Origin: Imbroritus primus
Lineage (GTDB): Bacteria > Pseudomonadota > Gammaproteobacteria > Burkholderiales > Burkholderiaceae
Assembly: GCF_964332355.1 (NCBI RefSeq)
Contig: NZ_OZ201293.1
Span: 1,947,620 to 1,971,619, forward strand
Direction: 5' to 3'
DNA length: 24,000 bases
Of the stretch, positions 17,555 to 24,000 are shown piece after piece (the stretch's first letter is position 1; the number at the start of each line of letters is the position of its first letter). Both the position numbers and the translations under genes were made by a program. The notes below the pieces were generated by a model that was not told where the DNA came from, ran no database searches, and saw only the letters and a program-made list of their open reading frames with translations.

Positions 17555-18913
17555 TCAGCTGCCGGCAACAGTCATCTGGCCGATCAGAATCGAACCGGTT
17601 TCCTTGGTGCCGCGCACCAGTGTATCCGCGCCGACTGCGACGATGTCGCGGAACATGTCGCGCAGGTTTCCGGCGATGGTGATTTCCTCGACCGGATACT
17701 GGATCACGCCATTCTCCACCCAATACCCCGACGCCCCGCGGGAATAGTCACCCGTCACGTAATTGACACCCTGCCCCATCAGTTCCGTGACCAGCAGGCC
17801 AGTACCCATCTTGCGCAACATGGCCGCGAAGTCGTCACCAGACGCGGTACGCGTACTGCGCAGTGTCAGATTATGGGATCCACCGGCATTGCCGGTCGTC
17901 TGCATGCCGAGCTTGCGGGCCGAATAGGTCGACAGGAAATATCCCTCCACGACGCCATCGCGCACCACCGCGCGCTGGCGCGTGCGGACGCCTTCTTCGT
18001 CGAACGGGGCACTCCCCATGCCGCGCGAGACGTGCGGGTTTTCCTCGATCTGCACATGCGGAGCAAAGACTTCACGACCGAGGGAATCCAGCAGGAAAGT
18101 CGAGCGACGATATAGTGCCCCACCCGACACAGCTTGCACGAAGGCACCCAGCAGGCCCGCCGCCAGCGGCGCCTCGAACAGTACCGGGCACTTGCGGGTG
18201 GCCAGTTTGCGGGCGTTCAGGCGCGCCAGTGCACGCGCAGCGGCATAGCGACCCACGGCTTCGGGATCAGCCAGGTCGTCCGGCGCACGCTTGGAGGTAT
18301 ACCAGTCGTCACGCTGCATGCCATTGCCCGAGCCAGCAATCGGCGCCACCGAAATGAAATGGCGGGAATATGGATAGCCCCCGGAGAATCCCCGGGTGGT
18401 GGCAAGGATGAACTGCGAATGCTGGGCCGAGACGCTCGCGCCATCACTGTTGCGAATCTTTGGGCTCACGGCCATGGCTGCTGCCTCGGCACGGCGCGCC
18501 AGTTCCACGGCGGCCTCGGCATCGATGGTCCAGGGATGGAACAAGTCTAGTTCAGGCGGTTGCTGCTCCAGCAACTCCTCTTCAGCGAGGCCGGCGCAGT
18601 CATCCTCGGCGGTGAAACGCGCGATGTTGTAGGCAGCCTCGGCCGTTGCCTGCAGTGCGGAGGGCGAAAAATCGGAGGTACTGGCATTGCCGCGGCGCTG
18701 GCCGATCAGGACCGTCACCCCCACGACCTTGTCGCGATTCTGCTCAATAGTCTCGATCTCCCCTTTGCGTACCGAGACCGACAGGCCGCCGCCCTCGGAA
18801 ATTTCCGTGGCGGCATCGGTCGCGCCGAGCGCACGGGCCATGCGCAGGACATCCGCAGCCATCTGCTTGAGTTCATCCTGGGTATGGGCAAAGAAACGGG
18901 TCGGATCGGTCAT
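17555..18913 (-). CDS. pmbA: Metalloprotease PmbA (TldE family)
   Basis: GLSVSVRKGEIETIEQNRDKVVGVTVLIGQRRGNASTSD; STYSARKLGMQTTGNAGGSHNL; SRGASGYWVENGVIQYPVEEITIAGNLRDM. Confidence 0.95.
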   Translation of the reverse strand: MTDPTRFFAHTQDELKQMAADVLRMARALGATDAATEISEGGGLSVSVRKGEIETIEQNRDKVVGVTVLIGQRRGNASTSDFSPSALQATAEAAYNIARFTAEDDCAGLAEEELLEQQPPELDLFHPWTIDAEAAVELARRAEAAAMAVSPKIRNSDGASVSAQHSQFILATTRGFSGGYPYSRHFISVAPIAGSGNGMQRDDWYTSKRAPDDLADPEAVGRYAAARALARLNARKLATRKCPVLFEAPLAAGLLGAFVQAVSGGALYRRSTFLLDSLGREVFAPHVQIEENPHVSRGMGSAPFDEEGVRTRQRAVVRDGVVEGYFLSTYSARKLGMQTTGNAGGSHNLTLRSTRTASGDDFAAMLRKMGTGLLVTELMGQGVNYVTGDYSRGASGYWVENGVIQYPVEEITIAGNLRDMFRDIVAVGADTLVRGTKETGSILIGQMTVAGS

Positions 18914-18984
18914 CGTTGGGCTTTCATCAATTCAGTACGTGGGCAAAATGCCAAAGTGGAATCATAGCAAGATAAAATGCCGGC

Positions 18985-19587
18985 ATGACGCGACCTTCCC
19001 GATTCCCCTCCCAGGCCATGGACAGTCCGGACGACACGGACGACCAGGACCTCCCGAAAAGCAAGTCGCAGCGCAAGCGTGAAATGACGGCGCTGCAGGA
19101 TCTCGGCGCCGAGATCGAGGCGTTGCCCAAGGAAAAATTCAAGCGCGTGCCGCTGCCCGAGCATGTAGCCGAAGCCCTGCTGGAGGCCCGCCGCATTAGC
19201 AACCATGAAGGCAAGCGCCGGCAGATGCAGTATGTCGGCAAGGTTATGCGTTCGCTCGATGAGGCCGAAGTGGCCGCGATCCGCCGTGTGCTCGACACCT
19301 TCAAGGGGGCAAGCCGGGCTGAGACGGCAAGGCTCCACCTGATCGAACGCTGGCGCGACCGGCTGCTGGCCGATGACGGCGCCATGACGGCATTCTGCAC
19401 CGAGCATCCTGACGCGGATGTGCAGGCCTTGCGCACGCTGGTGCGCAACGCGCGCCGCGAAGCGCAGATGCAGAAGCCGCCACGTGCTTCCCGCGAGATA
19501 TTCCAGATGGTCAAGGCCGTGCTCGATGCTGCAGCCGGCGACACCCCCACCCATGACAGGAGCCCAGACGATGACTCAGAAGATTAA
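18985..19587 (+). CDS. yjgA: YjgA/DarP family (DUF615) ribosome-associated protein
   Basis: [57 protein letters not shown]; divergent to pmbA, as is common. Confidence 0.93.
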   Translation: MTRPSRFPSQAMDSPDDTDDQDLPKSKSQRKREMTALQDLGAEIEALPKEKFKRVPLPEHVAEALLEARRISNHEGKRRQMQYVGKVMRSLDEAEVAAIRRVLDTFKGASRAETARLHLIERWRDRLLADDGAMTAFCTEHPDADVQALRTLVRNARREAQMQKPPRASREIFQMVKAVLDAAAGDTPTHDRSPDDDSED

Positions 19588-20194
19588 CCGCTCGCATCCC
19601 GATGAACTGATTGTGGGACTGGTTTCGATCTCGGATCGCGCCTCCACGGGCACCTATGACGACCAGGGGATTCCGGCGCTGCGAACGTGGTTAGGCAAGG
19701 CGCTGACTTCGCCATGGCAATCGGTCGACCGCCTGATTCCCGACGATCAACCGACCATCACGCAGACCCTGATCGACCTGGTGGATATTGCCGGGTGCGA
19801 TCTCGTGCTGACCACTGGCGGCACCGGCCCGGCCCGGCGCGACGTGACCCCGGAAGCCACGCTGGCGGCGGGCACCAAGGAAATGCCGGGATTCGGCGAG
19901 CAGATGCGGCAGGTCAGCCTGCATTTCGTGCCGACCGCGATTCTCTCGCGCCAGGTTGCGGTCATTCGCGAGACGCCAAGTCGCGCCGCATTGATCATCA
20001 ACCTGCCGGGCCAACCGCGCGCCATCCAGGAAACGCTGGAAGGTCTGCGTGGCGACGACGGTAGCGTCACGGTCAACGGTATCTTCGCGGCCGTGCCCTA
20101 CTGCATCGACCTGATCGGCGGGCCTTACATGGAAACCGACGAAAGCGTGGTCAAGGCGTGGCGGCCCAAGCACGCGATCCGAAGCAAGGGCTGA
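19571..20194 (+). CDS. mogA: Molybdopterin adenylyltransferase
   Basis: [58 protein letters not shown]; overlaps the 3' end of yjgA. Confidence 0.93.
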   Translation: MTQKINRSHPDELIVGLVSISDRASTGTYDDQGIPALRTWLGKALTSPWQSVDRLIPDDQPTITQTLIDLVDIAGCDLVLTTGGTGPARRDVTPEATLAAGTKEMPGFGEQMRQVSLHFVPTAILSRQVAVIRETPSRAALIINLPGQPRAIQETLEGLRGDDGSVTVNGIFAAVPYCIDLIGGPYMETDESVVKAWRPKHAIRSKG

Positions 20195-20205
20195 TCCCCG
20201 CCCCC

Positions 20206-21087
20206 TCAGCGCAGGCCGAGATACAGCCCAAGCGGAACGAACAGGATGGCGCCCATGTTGCCAAGCAGCACGATGGACGCCACCTGATCAGGTTCCTGCT
20301 GATAGCGGTCGGCCACCAGGAAATTCAGGACAGCCGGCGGCAGGCTGGCATAGACGAACAGCAGGCCGGTCTGTAGCGGCGTCAGCGTAAACAGCAGTGA
20401 TGCCGGCCACGCCACCAGCAGGCCGGTGAGCGGACAGACCACCGCCCCGAGCAAACCCACCGACCAGTTGCGCAGATTGGCATCCACCATGCGCACGCCG
20501 AGTGAAAACAGCAGCAGCGGCACAGTGGCGTCGCCGAGCAGCTTGATCGACTGGTAGAGCGGTTCCGGCATCACCCACCACGGCTTGATCATCGACAGCG
20601 CCAGCCCGATGACAGTGGCGATCACCATGGGGCTGCGCGCGATCTGCAACAGCGAGGCGCGGTGGTTGACGATCTTCACGCCGACCGTGAAGTGCAGCAG
20701 GTTGCTGGCGGCAAAAAGGATAACCGACGGCGCCAGCCCGGCTTCACCAAACGCAAAGATCGCCAGCGGTAGTCCCATATTGCCGCTGTTGTTGAACATC
20801 ATCGGCGGCACGAAGGTGCGCGGCTGCAACCCGGCCATGCGGGCCACGGGCCAGGCCAGCAGGCCCGAGCCCAGCACCACCAGTACACAGGCTGCCAGCA
20901 GCGGCAGCTGTTCGCCAAGCGCAAAATCCTTGCTGGCAAAGGCGGAAACCACCAGCAGCGGCGTGATGACATCGAGCAGCGCCTGGTTGATGCCACGCAT
21001 GTCGGGCCGTGCCTTGCGGCCGTACAGCCAGCCGATCGCGATGACCAGCACGACTGGCGTCACAATGGCAAGAATGCGCATCAGCAT
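20206..21087 (-). CDS. AEC (auxin efflux carrier) family transporter
   Basis: Hydrophobic multi-TM ORF with FVPPMMFNNSGNMGLPLAIFAFGEAGL and YASLPPAVLNFLVADRYQ. Confidence 0.9.
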   Translation of the reverse strand: MLMRILAIVTPVVLVIAIGWLYGRKARPDMRGINQALLDVITPLLVVSAFASKDFALGEQLPLLAACVLVVLGSGLLAWPVARMAGLQPRTFVPPMMFNNSGNMGLPLAIFAFGEAGLAPSVILFAASNLLHFTVGVKIVNHRASLLQIARSPMVIATVIGLALSMIKPWWVMPEPLYQSIKLLGDATVPLLLFSLGVRMVDANLRNWSVGLLGAVVCPLTGLLVAWPASLLFTLTPLQTGLLFVYASLPPAVLNFLVADRYQQEPDQVASIVLLGNMGAILFVPLGLYLGLR

Positions 21088-21136
21088 GATGGTGCTTGGC
21101 AGGCGTCAGGCGATCAGTCGGTCGGCAGTGCAGCGC

Positions 21137-21778
21137 TCAGCTGCCGGCAGGCGCGGCAGCTTCCACAGGGCTGGTTGCCGCAGAGGGATTGTGGATGAAG
21201 TGCGTGCGGTAGTAGCGCAGTTCCTCGATGGATTCCATGATGTCGGCCATTGCGGTATGCAACTGACGCTTGTGGAAGCCCTTGTGGATCAGCGGCTCCC
21301 AGCGTTTGCACAACTCCTTGAGCGTCGAGACGTCAAGGTTGCGGTAATGGAAGAAGGCTTCCAGCTTGGGCATGTGGCGCGCCATGAAACGGCGGTCTTG
21401 GCAGATCGAGTTGCCGCACATCGGCGACTTGCCGGTCGGCACCCATTTCCGCAGGAACGCCAGCAAGGTTTCTTCGGCCTGTGCCTCCGTCAGGGTCGAG
21501 GCCTTGACCTTGTCGATCAGGCCCGAACGGCCGTGCGTGCCCTTGTTCCATGCGTCCATGCCATCGAGCACCTCATCCGCCTGATGGACCACCAGCACCG
21601 GACCTTCCGCCAGCACATTGAGTTCGGAATCGGTGATCACGACGGCCACCTCGATGATCCGGTCGGTGTCCGGCGACAGGCCGGTCATCTCCATATCGAG
21701 CCAGATCAGGTTGTTTTCACTCTTGGCGGGCCTGGCGGCCGCGGTTGAGGCGGGACTTGCTGCAGGGGTCGTGGTCAT
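21137..21778 (-). CDS. orn: Oligoribonuclease
   Basis: [63 protein letters not shown]. Confidence 0.96.
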   Translation of the reverse strand: MTTTPAASPASTAAARPAKSENNLIWLDMEMTGLSPDTDRIIEVAVVITDSELNVLAEGPVLVVHQADEVLDGMDAWNKGTHGRSGLIDKVKASTLTEAQAEETLLAFLRKWVPTGKSPMCGNSICQDRRFMARHMPKLEAFFHYRNLDVSTLKELCKRWEPLIHKGFHKRQLHTAMADIMESIEELRYYRTHFIHNPSAATSPVEAAAPAGS

Positions 21779-21902
21779 CGTCGCTATGGAATTCCTGAGC
21801 GGATCAGGTGTCAATCGGGTGGTCGATCTATAATTCTCGCACATTCGGCCCCATTTCAGCCCAACCGGCGCCGTGTCCCCACGTCGCTTCCACGCCCTTT
21901 CT

Positions 21903-23153
21903 ATGCTGACCTATCTATTTCTGCTCGCCCTGATCACCATGGTGATCGTCAAGCTCTGGCTGGCGTCGCGCCAGATCCGGCATGTCGCCCGGCATCGCCA
22001 GGCCGTGCCGGCGCGCTTTGCCGACACGATCACGCTCGATGCCCACCAGAAGGCGGCCGACTATACGGTGGCCAAGACGCGCCTGTCGATGCTGGACATC
22101 GGCGTCAGTGCGGCCGTCCTGCTCGGCTTTACGCTACTGGGCGGACTGCAGTGGCTGAACCTCTTCTGGCTGGAAACCTTCGGGCCGGGCTATGCCTACG
22201 GCGTGGCGCTGATTGCCAGCGTGGTCCTGATCAGCAGCCTGGTCGAACTGCCCTTCTCTCTGTACGGCCAGTTTGGCATCGAGGAACGCTACGGCTTCAA
22301 CAAGATGACGCTGCGCCTGTATTTCGCGGACCTGGTCAAATCCACTCTCATCGGCGCAGCCCTGGGCTTGCCGCTGCTGGTCGCGGTGCTCTGGCTGATG
22401 GAGCGCATGGGCGACCTGTGGTGGGTGTGGACTTGGGTGGTGTGGATGGGCTTCAACCTGTTGCTGCTGGTGCTCTACCCTACCGTCATCGCCCCGCTGT
22501 TCAACAAGTTCGAACCGCTCGAGGACCTCTCGCTAAAGCAGCGCATCGAGGCCCTGCTGCAGCGCTGCGGCTTCGCCAGCAAGGGCCTGTTCGTGATGGA
22601 CGGCAGCCGGCGCAGCGCGCATGGCAATGCCTACTTCACGGGCTTTGGCGCCTCCAAGCGCATCGTTTTCTTCGATACCCTGCTGAACCGCCTGGATGCC
22701 GATGAGATCGAGGCCGTGCTGGCGCACGAACTCGGTCATTTCAAGCGCCACCACATCCTCAAGCGCATCGTCGTGACCTTTGCCATCAGCCTCGGCGTGC
22801 TGGCCATGCTCGGCTGGCTGGCGGGCAAGCCCTGGTTCTACACGGGCCTCGGCGTGGAGCCGAACCTGATGACGGACAACAACGCGCTGGCGCTGATCCT
22901 GTTTTTCCTGACGCTGCCCGTGTTCACCTTCCTGCTCGGCCCCATCGCCAGCCTGAGTTCGCGCAAGCATGAATTCGAGGCCGACGCGTATGCCGCGGGC
23001 ATCGCCAATGCCAATCACCTCGTGTCGGCACTGGTTAAGCTGTACAAGGACAACGCATCGACCCTGACGCCCGATCCGGTGTACTCCGCCTTCTATTACT
23101 CGCATCCGCCTGCCTCGCAGCGCATCGCGCGCCTCGAGGCCAGCCCCGCATGA
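21903..23153 (+). CDS. M48 family metallopeptidase (Ste24/CAAX prenyl protease-like)
   Basis: [18 protein letters not shown] zinc motif, multi-[16 protein letters not shown]; GTG at 21873 is an alternative start. Confidence 0.92.
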   Translation: MLTYLFLLALITMVIVKLWLASRQIRHVARHRQAVPARFADTITLDAHQKAADYTVAKTRLSMLDIGVSAAVLLGFTLLGGLQWLNLFWLETFGPGYAYGVALIASVVLISSLVELPFSLYGQFGIEERYGFNKMTLRLYFADLVKSTLIGAALGLPLLVAVLWLMERMGDLWWVWTWVVWMGFNLLLLVLYPTVIAPLFNKFEPLEDLSLKQRIEALLQRCGFASKGLFVMDGSRRSAHGNAYFTGFGASKRIVFFDTLLNRLDADEIEAVLAHELGHFKRHHILKRIVVTFAISLGVLAMLGWLAGKPWFYTGLGVEPNLMTDNNALALILFFLTLPVFTFLLGPIASLSSRKHEFEADAYAAGIANANHLVSALVKLYKDNASTLTPDPVYSAFYYSHPPASQRIARLEASPA

Positions 23154-24000
23154 AGGCTCGCCGCAGTCCCGGACAGGCGCCATCCGCCAGCGCGCCTGCC
23201 GCAGCGCTGAGCGGCCGCATCATCGCGGCACACGGGCGTCACTATCTGGTGCAACTGCCCGATGGCACGCTGCAGAACTGCTTTCCGCGCGGGAAGAAGA
23301 GTGAATGCGCGGTGGGCGACGTGGTGCGCATCGAGCGCGCCTCGGCCGACCAGGGCGTGGTGACCGGCGTCGAACCGCGGCACAACCTGCTCTACCGCTC
23401 CGACCAGTTCAAGTCGAAACTGCTGGCTGCCAATATCGATCAGGTGCTGATCGTGCTGGCCACCGAGCCGGGGTTTTCCGAAGACCTGCTGGGACGCGCG
23501 CTCGTGGCGGCGGAAGCGCTGGGAATCGACCCGCTGATCGTCCTGAACAAGACCGACCTCGCCGAGCGTCTGCCACAGGCACGCGAGCGCCTGCAGCTCT
23601 ACCGCGATCTCGGCTACACGGTGCTGGAAGTCTCCGCCAGCGCGCAGGAGGAGGCCACGCTGGCGCAACTGCGCCCGCACCTCGCGGGGCGTGCCTCGAT
23701 CCTCATCGGGCAATCCGGCATGGGCAAGTCGACGTTGCTCAACCTGCTGATTCCCGGGGTGGCGGCACGCACACGCGAGATTTCCGACAAGCTCGATTCG
23801 GGCAAGCACACCACCACTTTCACGCGGCTCTACCATCTGCCCGACAGCTGGGGCGATGGCGGCATGCTGATCGATTCGCCGGGTTTCCAGGAATTCGGTT
23901 TGTACCATCTGAGCGAAGGCATGCTGGAGCGCGCCTTTCCGGAGTTCCGCCCGCGCCTGGCCGAATGCCGCTTCTACAATTGCCGGCATTTGAAGGAGCC
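23150..24000 (+). CDS. rsgA: Ribosome small-subunit-dependent GTPase A (runs off the window end)
   Basis: [39 protein letters not shown]; ATGA overlap with M48 gene; no stop before 24000. Confidence 0.93.
   Translation, partial: MKARRSPGQAPSASAPAAALSGRIIAAHGRHYLVQLPDGTLQNCFPRGKKSECAVGDVVRIERASADQGVVTGVEPRHNLLYRSDQFKSKLLAANIDQVLIVLATEPGFSEDLLGRALVAAEALGIDPLIVLNKTDLAERLPQARERLQLYRDLGYTVLEVSASAQEEATLAQLRPHLAGRASILIGQSGMGKSTLLNLLIPGVAARTREISDKLDSGKHTTTFTRLYHLPDSWGDGGMLIDSPGFQEFGLYHLSEGMLERAFPEFRPRLAECRFYNCRHLKE

Noticed and set aside
23096-23989. 297-aa minus-strand ORF at the window end
   Set aside because: Antisense to rsgA, which shows the intact GTPase motifs.
1-24000. Mobile element, prophage, toxin-antitoxin or defence island
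   Set aside because: No transposase, integrase, tRNA-flanked insertion, or recognised defence domains found; gene content is otherwise typical core chromosome.

Overview
GC-rich window (probably a betaproteobacterium), mostly ordinary chromosomal genes: iron-type ABC transporter, RhlE-like helicase, EgtB/SenA-like plus EgtD-like pair, Mn-riboswitch/TerC, thyA, folA, pmbA, yjgA, mogA, AEC transporter, orn, M48 protease, rsgA. The most distinctive locus is ~11.0-17.3 kb. It is a six-gene, same-strand array whose order, sizes and motifs match the Pseudomonas functional-amyloid operon fapABCDEF: small exported protein, two three-repeat GNxGVNxxxGAGNxQxN amyloid-like subunits, C39-type peptidase, accessory secreted protein, and coiled-coil + beta-barrel outer-membrane protein. 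It is preceded by a near-consensus sigma54 promoter (TGGCAC-N5-TCGC) and a perfect 15-bp-arm palindrome about 75-100 bp upstream. A convergent gene encodes a GAFTGA-containing sigma54 activator. A second notable point is that the EgtB/SenA-like protein has lost all three canonical DinB-type iron-ligand histidines while sitting next to an intact-looking EgtD. Homology calls are from recognition of motifs only; no database search was run.
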